Source of the DNA: Candidatus Poribacteria bacterium
Lineage (GTDB): Bacteria > Poribacteria > WGA-4E > PCPOR2b
Assembly (NCBI GenBank): GCA_965116925.1
Contig: OZ220744.1
Span: 1,632,001-1,696,000, forward strand
Length of the DNA stretch: 64,000 nucleotides
Direction: 5' to 3'
The position numbers were made by a program, and so were the translations under genes. Each line of letters starts with the position of its first letter. Within the stretch, counting starts at the first letter, position 1. Of the stretch, positions 37,659 to 47,845 are shown one piece after another. The notes beneath the pieces are model-generated. The model did not search any database. It was not told the DNA's origin and saw nothing but the letters and a program-made list of their open reading frames with translations.

Positions 37659-39143
37659 ATGGGAGCAGCACAACAATTTTTAGCATTCGATCTCGGCGCA
37701 GAAAGTGGACGCGGTGTGTTGGGACACTTCAATGGGGAACGGCTCAATCTAGAAGAACTCCATCGCTTTCCAAATGGGGGTGTCCGCGTCTTAGATAGCC
37801 TACACTGGGATGTCTTAAGCCTCTGGAGCGATATGAAAGCGGCACTTTCAATGTGTGCACAAAAAAGCACAGACCTCACCGGAATTGGAATTGACACATG
37901 GGGTGTTGATTTCGGCTTACTCGGCAAAGGTGACGTGCTGCTCGGTTTCCCATATCACTATCGCGATTCCCGTACAGATGGTATGTTGGAAGAGGCTTTT
38001 CGTCATCTGCCCCAAGCAACACTCTTTGAGCGAAGTGGCTGTCAGTTCCTTCAGATTAACACACTCTATCAGTTGTTGTCAATGGTTGTGGACAAGTCCC
38101 CGCTACTTGAGGTTGCCGAAACATTCTTGATGGTTCCGGACCTTTTCAACTTCTGGCTGACAGGACAGAAAGTGTGTGAATTTACCGACGCAACAACGAC
38201 CCAGTTTTACGATCCACGCAGCAAGGATTGGTCTACAGAAATCTGCACCGCGCTCAATTTGCCGTCCGAAATCTTGCCAGAGATTGTACAACCGGGGACG
38301 CAGCTGGGTACGTTGCTCTCCTCTGTTGCAGCAGAAACAGGATTACCTGAAATACCTGTTATTGCCCCGGCTTGCCATGACACCGGTTCAGCCGTCGCTG
38401 CAGTGCCGGCACAAAAGGATAATTGGGCGTATATTAGCTCCGGTACATGGTCATTGATGGGGATTGAAGTTCCCGAACCGATTGTTACCGATCAAGCACT
38501 CGCTCTCAACTTTACGAATGAGGGAGGAGTAGAGAACACATTCCGTTTCCTCAAAAATATTATGGGGCTTTGGCTTGTGCAAGAGTGCCGGCGGACATGG
38601 GCACAAGCCGGCGATGAAATGTCTTATACTCAAATAACACAGCTTGCCGAGGGGGCGAAGCCTTTCACCACGTTGATCGATCCTGACGACGAAGCCTTTC
38701 TGCCGCCCGGTGACATGCCCACCCGCATCGCTGACTACTGCAAACACACCGGGCAAACCCCTCCGTCCACCACAGGAGAGATTCTCCGGTGTGCCTTAGA
38801 AAGCCTTGCACTCAAATATCGCTGGGTTCTGGAGAAACTAGAAGTTGTCCACGGCGGGGCAATTGAGGTCATCCATATTGTCGGCGGGGGAGCACAGAAT
38901 CGACTTCTTTGCCAGTTTACCGCAGATGCAACCGGGACACCGGTTATCGCAGGTCCCATTGAGGCAACAGCGATTGGAAATATCGCAGTTCAGGCGATTG
39001 CGTGTGGCTTAATCGGATCCATTTCTGAGGCACGGGAGGTTGTCCACCGGTCTTTCAACGTTAGCACTTACGAGCCGCAGCACTCAACAGGGTGGGAGGA
39101 AGCCTACGAACGGTTCCTCAAGATTACAGGGCTGCCATCTTAG
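37659..39143 (+). CDS. rhaB: Rhamnulokinase (FGGY family)
   Basis: LAFDLGAESGR, GIDTWGVDFG, HDTGSAV, SSGTWSLMG, FTNEGG. Confidence 0.88.
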   Translation: MGAAQQFLAFDLGAESGRGVLGHFNGERLNLEELHRFPNGGVRVLDSLHWDVLSLWSDMKAALSMCAQKSTDLTGIGIDTWGVDFGLLGKGDVLLGFPYHYRDSRTDGMLEEAFRHLPQATLFERSGCQFLQINTLYQLLSMVVDKSPLLEVAETFLMVPDLFNFWLTGQKVCEFTDATTTQFYDPRSKDWSTEICTALNLPSEILPEIVQPGTQLGTLLSSVAAETGLPEIPVIAPACHDTGSAVAAVPAQKDNWAYISSGTWSLMGIEVPEPIVTDQALALNFTNEGGVENTFRFLKNIMGLWLVQECRRTWAQAGDEMSYTQITQLAEGAKPFTTLIDPDDEAFLPPGDMPTRIADYCKHTGQTPPSTTGEILRCALESLALKYRWVLEKLEVVHGGAIEVIHIVGGGAQNRLLCQFTADATGTPVIAGPIEATAIGNIAVQAIACGLIGSISEAREVVHRSFNVSTYEPQHSTGWEEAYERFLKITGLPS

Positions 39144-39185
39144 TTGTATTCTCACAATCTGATTGAGCAAAAGGAGAGATATTTC

Positions 39186-39998
39186 ATGCTGACCGAAGAA
39201 GAAAAATGGTCGTTTGACCTGCACGGCTATCTAGTACTCAAGGGTGCCGTCCCACAAACAGACATAAAACGAATGGTTGAATTGTGCGATACTTGGCATG
39301 CCCTTGATGACAGTGAACTGCCGCCACCGTTAAAGAGTTATCATGATGCGAACACCAAGCCGACTACACCGCGCTCGATTAATAACGTTCCGTATGCCGA
39401 CGAAGTTTTTCAACGGCTCGTTCTCAATCGGGAGATTATGCGTGTCGTGCTTGCACTGACAGGGAACTCCCCACAGTTGCTTTCAGTCGCGCTCGTGCGC
39501 AACACGAAAGCCTCTGACGATATTGGTTTCCATGGTGGTTTCTCTGGGGGGCTCCGCAATCCGGCGAACGATTACCAAGCTGTCAATGGCGAAATCTTCG
39601 CAACTTTCCTTAATGCCGGTGTTTCGTTGGTGGATGTGCCTGCCGGTACAGGATTTGTGTGCGTTCCCGGTAGCCATAAGTCAAATTTCTCCAAGCCCGA
39701 CCGTGTGAACATCTACGACGGTCCACCGACAGTTGCAAACATCAGCGTGAATGCTGGAGATGTGGTTCTGTTCACAGAGGCACTCTGTCACGGTGCACGA
39801 CGTTGGACACTTGACGATCCACGTCGCACCGTCTTTGTCCGTTACAGCACTTCCTATGCCTCTTGGTCGCCCGGATATGGTCCCATCGAGGAACATCGAG
39901 ACAAGCTGCCAGAGGAGGTTTATGAACTACTTCAGATGGCAGGTTTCCAACATCAAAAGCGGGTGGTGAGCCGGTTGCTTGCAGAGATGGGCGAGTAA
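39186..39998 (+). CDS. PhyH-family Fe(II)/2-oxoglutarate enzyme (HxG motif)
   Basis: FDLHGYLVL, FHGG, VPGSHK, EALCHG, RR. Confidence 0.85.
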   Translation: MLTEEEKWSFDLHGYLVLKGAVPQTDIKRMVELCDTWHALDDSELPPPLKSYHDANTKPTTPRSINNVPYADEVFQRLVLNREIMRVVLALTGNSPQLLSVALVRNTKASDDIGFHGGFSGGLRNPANDYQAVNGEIFATFLNAGVSLVDVPAGTGFVCVPGSHKSNFSKPDRVNIYDGPPTVANISVNAGDVVLFTEALCHGARRWTLDDPRRTVFVRYSTSYASWSPGYGPIEEHRDKLPEEVYELLQMAGFQHQKRVVSRLLAEMGE

Positions 39999-40022
39999 GA
40001 ACTTGGATGATCCCATTGTCGG

Positions 40023-40721
40023 ATGTGGGTTGAAACGATGTCCTCTCAAATACTACTCCAGCAGATTAAAAGTCGATATCGTGTTGCGGAAAAGACCATC
40101 CCCCTGATCAACAACCAAATCTGCATGACGATAATTGATGATCCGGACCAGTTGCTTGATACGTTGAGCAAGGAAGATCCGTGTGGGACACTTCATCTCC
40201 CTTATTGGACTTATCTATGGCCCTCTGCAATCGGTCTGGCACGATATCTTGACCTAAATCATGGATTTGAAGGGCAGCAGATCTTAGAGATTGGTTGTGG
40301 GTTTGGACTCGCCGGAATTGTGGCGTGTCAAAAGGGCGGCATCGTTCTGTTCACAGACTATGAGCAAGACACGCTCACTTTTGCTCAATATAACGCCTTA
40401 CAAAACGGGTGTGGTGATCGAGCCTCCTTTGTTCAGATGGACTGGAACAGTTCCTGCCTGAAAGGCAAATTTTCACGCATTCTCGCCTCAGATGTAATTT
40501 ACGAAGATACACATTGGAATCCGATTCTATCACTACTTCAAAAGCATCTAGCCCCCGACGGCGAGGCTATCTTTTCTGAGCCTAACCGAATCAGTGCCCC
40601 CGGCTTCCTTGAACGGATCAGTCGTTATGGATTTACATACACGACACAGACCGATGATGTTGTGGGATTGGACGGCGTAGTTTTCAAAATCTCCATCTAT
40701 TGTTTAAAGCGGGATGAATAA
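40023..40721 (+). CDS. SAM-dependent methyltransferase (Nnt1/METTL21-like)
   Basis: PYWTYLWPSA, LEIGCGFG, ASDVIY. Confidence 0.82.
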   Translation: MWVETMSSQILLQQIKSRYRVAEKTIPLINNQICMTIIDDPDQLLDTLSKEDPCGTLHLPYWTYLWPSAIGLARYLDLNHGFEGQQILEIGCGFGLAGIVACQKGGIVLFTDYEQDTLTFAQYNALQNGCGDRASFVQMDWNSSCLKGKFSRILASDVIYEDTHWNPILSLLQKHLAPDGEAIFSEPNRISAPGFLERISRYGFTYTTQTDDVVGLDGVVFKISIYCLKRDE

Positions 40722-40791
40722 GGATTTTCCCTGAATACTCCAAGAAACTCCGAAGTCCCTTAATGAACCAATGAAAAGACAGAGGCTGTAC

Positions 40792-41040
40792 TCACTCAAT
40801 CACTTCGTAACGAACGTCGATGTTAACCCTGCCTTCTAGTGCGTCCGTTAGCATTGCGAGCAATTCGTCATCACAACCATTCTCCGCAAAAAAACTCAGG
40901 GATTCTGAATCGATATAATAATCTTGGTCCTCAAAACCTCCCTCCTCCAAGTTATCAATAAGAAACTGCACCTGATCTTCGGCAATTACGCCAATTTCGT
41001 TGTCGTGTTCAATGTCTATCAATCGATACATTTGGTCCAT
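40792..41040 (-). CDS. Small acidic conserved hypothetical protein
   Basis: 82-aa ORF with RBS, co-oriented with neighbours; QFLIDNLEE...DQDYYI. Confidence 0.65.
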   Translation of the reverse strand: MDQMYRLIDIEHDNEIGVIAEDQVQFLIDNLEEGGFEDQDYYIDSESLSFFAENGCDDELLAMLTDALEGRVNIDVRYEVIE

Positions 41041-41056
41041 GATAATCTCCGACTGT

Positions 41057-41866
41057 CTAGGTCCAACGAGTTACCATCTTGGTGCGTGGGTCTTCTCCGT
41101 TTCCAATCTCCTCATGACGGAATAGTTGTTTGGCACGATCCGATAGTGAATCATAGATGTCCTGTCGAATCCCGATCTGCGGGTACATCGTCTTGAACCA
41201 AGAACGAGCGTACATCAATGCGATATTGGGACGCGGTTCATCAGATACATTGGGCGTCCCACGATGCCACATCCGTGCGTCTCGGATAAGCAGTGAACCT
41301 GCCGGCATGAGAATCTGCTCCGAGTGCATGATTTTCGATATACTCTCGATGTCAATTCCACTCGGCATAAGATGGGTGCCGCCGGGCCAGATCTCCATTG
41401 CACCATTTTCTTTGCGAAAGTCGACCAGCGGAATATCCAAAACAATACAGTACACCGGTGATGGAGCATCTACCTCTGGAAAAAGTTGATGAATATCAGA
41501 ATGTGTGGGTTGATAGTCCGATCCCGGAAGCGGCGTATTATTGCCTAAGTAATGGCAGATACAGTTTTCCCCGAGCAATTGGTCAATCACCGATAGCACT
41601 ATGGGATGGCTTATCACATCTGGATGGTTAAAGGGCACTCGAAACGGAAGGTGCATCTGCCACCGCTTTGCCCCACGGTTGGGTTCATTTTTGGCGATAT
41701 TTTCATTCAAGAGTTCCATATAGTGCGTGCGAAGTTCATCGACCAGATCTTGGGGCAGGACAGACTCGAAAACAGCGTAACCGTTCATCTTGATCTGCTG
41801 AATCGCAGCATCAAGTGTCTTCGGATTCAGGGTCTTCGCTTCGCGTTCTTCATTGCTTAATTTCAT
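41057..41866 (-). CDS. PhyH-family dioxygenase (canonical HxD)
   Basis: QPTHSD, PLVDF..ENG, WPGGTH, RMWHRG. Confidence 0.88.
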   Translation of the reverse strand: MKLSNEEREAKTLNPKTLDAAIQQIKMNGYAVFESVLPQDLVDELRTHYMELLNENIAKNEPNRGAKRWQMHLPFRVPFNHPDVISHPIVLSVIDQLLGENCICHYLGNNTPLPGSDYQPTHSDIHQLFPEVDAPSPVYCIVLDIPLVDFRKENGAMEIWPGGTHLMPSGIDIESISKIMHSEQILMPAGSLLIRDARMWHRGTPNVSDEPRPNIALMYARSWFKTMYPQIGIRQDIYDSLSDRAKQLFRHEEIGNGEDPRTKMVTRWT

Positions 41867-41920
41867 CGAATCTCCTCTTGTAATTGCTAACAGATGGACA
41901 ACGACTTCTTCGACCGCAAA

Positions 41921-42862
41921 TCAGAGGCTAAAGTCGGAGGGACGCATTCCCCTCTTGAAAGTTCCGAAACCGAAAAAAGTGGGGTTATACTCGCCCACAT
42001 AATCAACTTGACTGTTATCGGGGATCTGATTTTCCAACCCCATGCACCAGTAACAAGCGTTTACCAATAACCGCCGCAAGCCCGTGCTTTCCAAATCTAC
42101 CGAGGCACCCATCGTAGTGCAGAATACACGCGATGCTGCTCCCTGCTCACCTGTGTAGCTTTTAATCCATGCCAACGGCATTGTAGCGGTGTCAGGCTTG
42201 GGTGGATCCGATGGCTCCATCCCGACAAGCACGTGACCGTGGAGAAGCACTTGCGGATCGCCCGCTAATGTTGTGGTGCCATAAACATCGGTGGGGCCCC
42301 AGACATCTTCAACCCCTTTCAGAATAGGATGGTCTTTCATCTCTGCGTCAATGGCACCACGTGTGCTCTCTTTGCCGTGGTGGCCATGATGGTTAATCCA
42401 CGTTTCTCCCAAAACTTGGCGGCCGTATCCACCATCAAACTCCTCACTGTTGAAGCTGTATTTAGCATAGGGGCTTTGTAGATTCCTACTGTAGCTGAAA
42501 GCGTGCGTTGCTGTCCTCAATCCCATAACCGGCTTGCCCGAATTGGTATAATCAACAATGTATTTCATCTGATCATCGGGCAGTTCTCGGAAGCGGGTGA
42601 AAAGCACCATCATGTTCGCAGTTTCGAGATTTTGTAGGCCGGGGATATTAGTCTGCTCTTCCGGATTGATCTCCCCTGTTTCTGGATCGATTGCGAAAAG
42701 TACCGTGCATTTGAACCCGTGATGGACAGCCAAAATTTTTGCAAGTAGTGGGAGGGCTTCTTCAGAGCGATATTCCTCATCGCCGCTGACGAACACAATG
42801 TGTTTCCCCATGCCCGGTCCTTCGTTGCCTTCATATACGATCCAATGTTCAGAATTTCCCAT
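41921..42862 (-). CDS. ThuA-like domain protein
   Basis: SGDEEYRSEE, GLRTATHAF, RVFCTTMG. Confidence 0.8.
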   Translation of the reverse strand: MGNSEHWIVYEGNEGPGMGKHIVFVSGDEEYRSEEALPLLAKILAVHHGFKCTVLFAIDPETGEINPEEQTNIPGLQNLETANMMVLFTRFRELPDDQMKYIVDYTNSGKPVMGLRTATHAFSYSRNLQSPYAKYSFNSEEFDGGYGRQVLGETWINHHGHHGKESTRGAIDAEMKDHPILKGVEDVWGPTDVYGTTTLAGDPQVLLHGHVLVGMEPSDPPKPDTATMPLAWIKSYTGEQGAASRVFCTTMGASVDLESTGLRRLLVNACYWCMGLENQIPDNSQVDYVGEYNPTFFGFGTFKRGMRPSDFSL

Positions 42863-42873
42863 ATTATTCTCCT

Positions 42874-43686
42874 CTATGGTGTTCGGTACAGCTTTGAACC
42901 TTTGTCCTCTCTACGGTAGTGAGGCGCAGAGATTACTGCCTTTTGGGTTTCGGTCAATTCATCATAAAACGGCGGTGGTGTGTAGTTCCCCATCAATGAC
43001 TCACCCATAACGCCAGAGTTATAGCGGATAATCACCGAACGGCGTTGGTGCTTGGCGACCCACGGCAACCCACCGTGCATCAGACATTCGACAAACAGGA
43101 TAGCATCGCCCGCCTTCGCCGGAATAGTTACAATTCGATCTTGGTATGTATGATAAAGCCGGATATCGTCTGGGCATGGATAGTTCGCCTTGTGGCTGCC
43201 GGGCAAACAGGCGAAACCGCCGTCTTCGGGCCCCACATCGGTCAGTTGAACGGCAAAGTTTGTCATGCCACAATACATGCGGCCATTACGATAGAGAAAC
43301 CCACGCGAACGATCAAAAGGTTCGGCACCTTCGTGGAACCAGAAGCCTTCCGCGCCCTCGTCCATCGTGATGATACCAAGCCCCTCCAGTCGGGGGCCGG
43401 CTCCCAGCAGCTCCTCCAGATAGGACATAAGTCTGGGGTGAGCAATCATCTGGCGGAACACATCGCAATGTGGCTTTTCCCACGTCAACATGCCCCCAAG
43501 GTCACCCCGTCCAGTCTTACCTCGCAGCGTTGTAGATCCGTTGGCAAGATCATTTGGACGGATACTAATCTCATCTGCGTGGTGATCGACAGCGGCATTC
43601 GCCGCGGCCACCTCTTCGGGTGATAAAGCACCTTCGATCACCAAATAACCGTGTACGTCAAATAGATATTTTTCTGCGTCTGTCAT
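42874..43686 (-). CDS. PhyH-family Fe(II)/2-oxoglutarate enzyme (HxG motif)
   Basis: YLFDVHGYL, WFHEG, LPGSHKAN, ECLMHG. Confidence 0.85.
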   Translation of the reverse strand: MTDAEKYLFDVHGYLVIEGALSPEEVAAANAAVDHHADEISIRPNDLANGSTTLRGKTGRGDLGGMLTWEKPHCDVFRQMIAHPRLMSYLEELLGAGPRLEGLGIITMDEGAEGFWFHEGAEPFDRSRGFLYRNGRMYCGMTNFAVQLTDVGPEDGGFACLPGSHKANYPCPDDIRLYHTYQDRIVTIPAKAGDAILFVECLMHGGLPWVAKHQRRSVIIRYNSGVMGESLMGNYTPPPFYDELTETQKAVISAPHYRREDKGSKLYRTP

Positions 43687-43745
43687 TGTCTTTCTCCTCT
43701 CAATTTAAGTATGCCTGTACACTAATTATATCATTTCAAAACAAT

Positions 43746-43907
43746 TATGGTAGATGACAGAATTACTTAGACAGTTCCAATGGACATGTACAGATTGGGA
43801 AATCTGTACCCACAAACAATCCCCTAAATCCCCCCCGATTTCATTGGGATGTACCACTTGTCAGGGGGACTTTGGCGAATGTTCACTTATTTGTCTAATT
43901 CACCGTA
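43746..43907. mobile_element. Degenerate MITE-like element (TA-ended TIRs) with internal hairpins
   Basis: Ends TATGGTAGAT.../...AATTCACCGTA resemble copies at 47692 and 48762; internal CCCCTAAATCCCC...GTCAGGGGGACTT. Confidence 0.5.
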
Positions 43908-43960
43908 AAAATCGATCAATCTTTTGCCTGTAGTATCCCTAAATCCTTCTACCAAGACAA

Positions 43961-45532
43961 CTATTCCACAAATTGAAACGCAAACAGTTTCGCATTCTTA
44001 AGATAAAACTTCAGCTTGATATACTCTCCTTGTAAGGGGCGAAGGTCTCCATTGAAGCACCAAGTGACCCGATTGGCAATACCCGTTTGCGTAAGTGAAT
44101 CTGCGTCCTCGAAAGAGAAACCTACAATAGGAAAGTGGTCGGGGTGCAAAATCTCCACCTTAACATCACAAGCAGCGGCGGCTGAAATCGACTTCATATT
44201 CACACTCAGCTGGTTCCCAGAAAAGCGAAAGGGTCGCGTTACCACTTCCCCGTAACCGTTAGAAGTGTCTTCGGTGCTGTCAAGCGAAACGAAGCCGTCT
44301 AACGGCGTCGTCGCCAATCCAAGTGCACCTGTTGGACCGGGCCCACCAACCTCAGCAAGTCGTCGCTCTCGGAAATTCATCCCGTTATAAAAAATGAAAA
44401 TCTGATCATTATGCACAATCGGTTGTTGTGCATAAATAGCCACCGAATCGTACTCAGGCTCAGGACTCAGTGGAATAAACGGTTCGCGGAATCGACGGTC
44501 ATAGTGAATCCCATCACGGCTGAACACAAACTGTGGCCAAATGAACAGACGCTCCTCCCGTAAGAAATTCCACAGCATTCCGATGTAGAACCCTTCGTAG
44601 GTCGTTGCCCACATACTATAGAATTGTAGTTCCGGTGGATCTTCAGCATCAGGGATAATAATTGTCTGCGGCGGAGTCCAGTGAATGAGGTCGGGGCTCT
44701 CTGCGCGTCCGATGACCCGCTTCCCCAGCGGCCCCCGTTTGTGCTGACAGTTTTCCATGTGGACAGTGTACTGCCCCCGAATCTCATCCCAACCCATGAA
44801 CGCCGTTGGTCCCCACAGATAGCTTTGCTCATGCTCCTCCACATCTACTACCTGCTTAACTCCTGAAGCGTCGAACTGAATCTTCTGTCCATAAACTCCC
44901 CGTGTCCTCACCTTGGGGAGCCCACTCTGTTGTATTACGGGGTTGCCCTCGTACGGTGTCCAATTGAATGCGTCGGGAGAGGTATAGAGATTCCAAAAGC
45001 ACTCCAGTGCGTTTTCCGTCCTACGCTTTGTCCGCTGCGATAGGACCTTATACCGTTTTGCCGGATCCTTTTCGTTGGGATCCGCAAAGATACCGCCCTT
45101 TGCTTCCACCCAATTCTCTGGCTTCAGTATATTATTTTCCCACGACCCATTAAATTTCACCAGTCCCAGCGACGGCTTTTCCCAATTATATCCATCTTGT
45201 GAGGTTGCATAACAGATGATCGGTTCAGTGCTATGTGGTTTCTCTTGTTCCAAAGGTGCTGCGGTCAACGCCGCGTCCGGTTGTGTAAATAACCGAACTG
45301 TTTTTGAAGGCGTTACAGTTGACGCCGTATACCACATCCGAAAGAGTTCTTGCGCTTCATCATAAAAAACGCAGCCGTAGTGCAGGTTGTTTCCTTCCCA
45401 CGGACGGTCTGGATAGATGACAGGATTGTTCTGTGCTTTGGTCGCAGGATTGAGAGTCCGCTTGACGCCGGTCATGCCTTCGATGAGATAATCATCAAGA
45501 AAAAGCTGTTTTTGAGAGCCAATTTCGATCAT
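43961..45532 (-). CDS. Putative glycoside hydrolase-like beta-propeller protein
   Basis: Asp-box-like YATSQDGYNW, YTSPDAFNW, AESPDLIHW, FSRDGIHY; LDGFVSL. Confidence 0.65.
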   Translation of the reverse strand: MIEIGSQKQLFLDDYLIEGMTGVKRTLNPATKAQNNPVIYPDRPWEGNNLHYGCVFYDEAQELFRMWYTASTVTPSKTVRLFTQPDAALTAAPLEQEKPHSTEPIICYATSQDGYNWEKPSLGLVKFNGSWENNILKPENWVEAKGGIFADPNEKDPAKRYKVLSQRTKRRTENALECFWNLYTSPDAFNWTPYEGNPVIQQSGLPKVRTRGVYGQKIQFDASGVKQVVDVEEHEQSYLWGPTAFMGWDEIRGQYTVHMENCQHKRGPLGKRVIGRAESPDLIHWTPPQTIIIPDAEDPPELQFYSMWATTYEGFYIGMLWNFLREERLFIWPQFVFSRDGIHYDRRFREPFIPLSPEPEYDSVAIYAQQPIVHNDQIFIFYNGMNFRERRLAEVGGPGPTGALGLATTPLDGFVSLDSTEDTSNGYGEVVTRPFRFSGNQLSVNMKSISAAAACDVKVEILHPDHFPIVGFSFEDADSLTQTGIANRVTWCFNGDLRPLQGEYIKLKFYLKNAKLFAFQFVE

Positions 45533-45540
45533 TAGCTTGA

Positions 45541-46386
45541 CTAGCCCCCGTCCTCATAAGCAGTAACGCGAGCAGCACCTATCACCTTCCGAAAATCATC
45601 AATAGCCATACCTACTGCGCGGATCCATCGCCAATTACAGTCCGCAAGGGTCATGCTATAGGCATCTACGCGCTCCAGCTTCCCTTTTTCCCACGGTGTA
45701 TGGGGCCAAATTGTGTGTCCGTTCTTGGTGCAGACCTGTAAACGTCGATCATCAAGTCGAAGATGTAGGCATCGGTCATCAACCCATTGCGCTGCTAGTC
45801 GCGATTGAAACATAGCAGCACCAGTACCGTCATGGCACTCAAAAAGCCACGCTTCTACATCGCATCCATCAATCGGGATAACCTCCCACCGTCGGGTACC
45901 GTACAAGAACCGAGAATCGTAAACAGTCATTTCAAATCGCATCTGGGGTGGGCAGCGCAAACCGAGGTATTCGGCAAATGCACCCCCGTATCCGGGGACA
46001 CATCCTTCAAATGATTCGCCCCAAAGTTCAGATGTTACTGTAGATGTTTTCAACTGTAACCGATGCGTCAATACGTGATTGTGGAAATCGGACGTGAGGC
46101 GGCGGTAGTATTCGCGCAGGTTGCCATTTTCAGGGAACGCTGTCCGTGGGTAGAAAACGGCAGCATCGCCAAGGTTTTTCACAGCGGTCTCTCGTATATA
46201 TTCAGGACCGCCCAATTGGAGAAATAGGGTGTTTGTTGGTCGTTCAGTGAGGGATTGAAGCCACCGCTGCTTTACCTCTTCCTCTCTCTCAACAAAGAGA
46301 TAAAGGTTATCCCTACGGATCACATCGGGGTCGATATTCTCGTAGCAGCACGGATGGATTAAAAAGATTATGTGTTCAATCTTCAT
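45541..46386 (-). CDS. Hypothetical protein
   Basis: 281-aa ORF tightly packed in a minus-strand operon. Confidence 0.65.
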   Translation of the reverse strand: MKIEHIIFLIHPCCYENIDPDVIRRDNLYLFVEREEEVKQRWLQSLTERPTNTLFLQLGGPEYIRETAVKNLGDAAVFYPRTAFPENGNLREYYRRLTSDFHNHVLTHRLQLKTSTVTSELWGESFEGCVPGYGGAFAEYLGLRCPPQMRFEMTVYDSRFLYGTRRWEVIPIDGCDVEAWLFECHDGTGAAMFQSRLAAQWVDDRCLHLRLDDRRLQVCTKNGHTIWPHTPWEKGKLERVDAYSMTLADCNWRWIRAVGMAIDDFRKVIGAARVTAYEDGG

Positions 46387-46430
46387 TTTCGCGGTTTTAT
46401 TGTCGGTGTTGTTTGATACTGAGAGGATTT

Positions 46431-47672
46431 TTATGGTCGGATCACCGTACCATCAGCGCGACGGGCATCGCCCCACAGCTTGGGACCTCCCACGTCTTTG
46501 GCAGGAAAACGCGCTGCTAACTCCTCGTTTATGTCTACCCCTATCCCAGGCTTGCCATTGGGCCACATATAGCCGTTGTGCAGTTCAGGTGTTCCGGGGA
46601 ACACTTCTTTTAGTGTTTCATGGGTGTTCAGGTAGACCGAAGCCTCCTGAATCCCGAAATTCCAAACATTCATATCTAGCATCAGGTTGGCTGCGTGCCC
46701 AACAGGAGAAACATCGGCGGATCCGTGCCAAGCGGTACGAACATTGAAGGCTTCGCACAACGCCGCTAACTTACGCGCCGGTGTCAAGCCACCTATAGTG
46801 GAAACATGCACTCGAATGAAATCGATCAGCCGGTCCTTAATCATTGGGACAATCTCTTGCGGGTTGCTATACAACTCTCCCATAGCGATCGGTACGCTGG
46901 TCTGTTGACGGACAAGGCGAAAATAGTCATTGTCTTCTGGTGCGAAGAGATCTTCAAGGAAAAATGGTCTGAATTGCTCTAGTTCTTTCGCCAAACCAAG
47001 TCCTTGGATAGGTGGCATACGCTCATGGAGATCGTACAAAATCTCTGGGGTTGGTCCAAAAGTTGTGCGGAAGTGCTCAAAAGCAGCCACAACATCCTGA
47101 GCATACGGCACTGGCTCAAAGATGCTTACCCTGTTGTCTGCAACTTTGTTAGTGATGACAACTGGTTCCTGATGTGGCTTATCCTGTGATGTTGAGGGAT
47201 GCATTGACCCCAACTTGAAGTGGCGGAATCCTCGTTCTTGGAGTTCGTGGATGTGTTCTTCGTATTCCACAAGGTCACGTCCGGTGGGGATGATGTATAC
47301 AGCCGCAGCTTCTCTAGACTTGCCCCCGAACAACTCATATACAGGCATCCCCGCCACCTTGCCTTTGATGTCCCACAGTGCTTGGTCAACGCCGCTTATC
47401 GCGTTGTTCAGAACAGGTCCATAGCGCCAATAGGCGGATACATTACAGGACTGCCATATATCCTCAATATCAGCGGGATCTTTGCCGATAAGAAAGGGGG
47501 TGAGATAGTCATCAACGGCTGCGGCTACAGCGGTTGGTCTTGAGAAGAATGAAGCGCAGCCCAAACCGTGTAGTTCTGGCTCATTGGTTTCCACCTTCAC
47601 AACGATAAGCGTGCGTGCGCCCGGGGGTTGCGTGATAATTGCTCGAACATCACGAATCTTCAAGTTGCTCAT
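46431..47672 (-). CDS. Enolase-superfamily sugar-acid dehydratase (RspA/ManD-like)
   Basis: AYWRYGPV..NAISGVDQALWDIKGK, DLHER, FFLED, AMGE, AWHG. Confidence 0.88.
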   Translation of the reverse strand: MSNLKIRDVRAIITQPPGARTLIVVKVETNEPELHGLGCASFFSRPTAVAAAVDDYLTPFLIGKDPADIEDIWQSCNVSAYWRYGPVLNNAISGVDQALWDIKGKVAGMPVYELFGGKSREAAAVYIIPTGRDLVEYEEHIHELQERGFRHFKLGSMHPSTSQDKPHQEPVVITNKVADNRVSIFEPVPYAQDVVAAFEHFRTTFGPTPEILYDLHERMPPIQGLGLAKELEQFRPFFLEDLFAPEDNDYFRLVRQQTSVPIAMGELYSNPQEIVPMIKDRLIDFIRVHVSTIGGLTPARKLAALCEAFNVRTAWHGSADVSPVGHAANLMLDMNVWNFGIQEASVYLNTHETLKEVFPGTPELHNGYMWPNGKPGIGVDINEELAARFPAKDVGGPKLWGDARRADGTVIRP

Positions 47673-47691
47673 TCTGTGCATCCTCTGTTAT

Positions 47692-47799
47692 TATAGTAGA
47701 TTTTAGAATTAATGAGACACTCCAAATCGGCGCAGTTATAAACAGCACCTACCAAACATGGGGGGCGAAAGTGTCTATTTATTTTTTGAATTCACTGTA
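47692..47799 (+). mobile_element. MITE-like element (TATAGTAGATTTTAGAATTAATGAGACAC family)
   Basis: Imperfect ~29-bp TIRs ending in TA; internal REP-like hairpin; related copies at 48762, 49691 and 54234. Confidence 0.75.
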
Positions 47800-47845
47800 A
47801 AATATATCCAACTTTGCAGGGAACAACGATCGTTGTTCTTCATTA

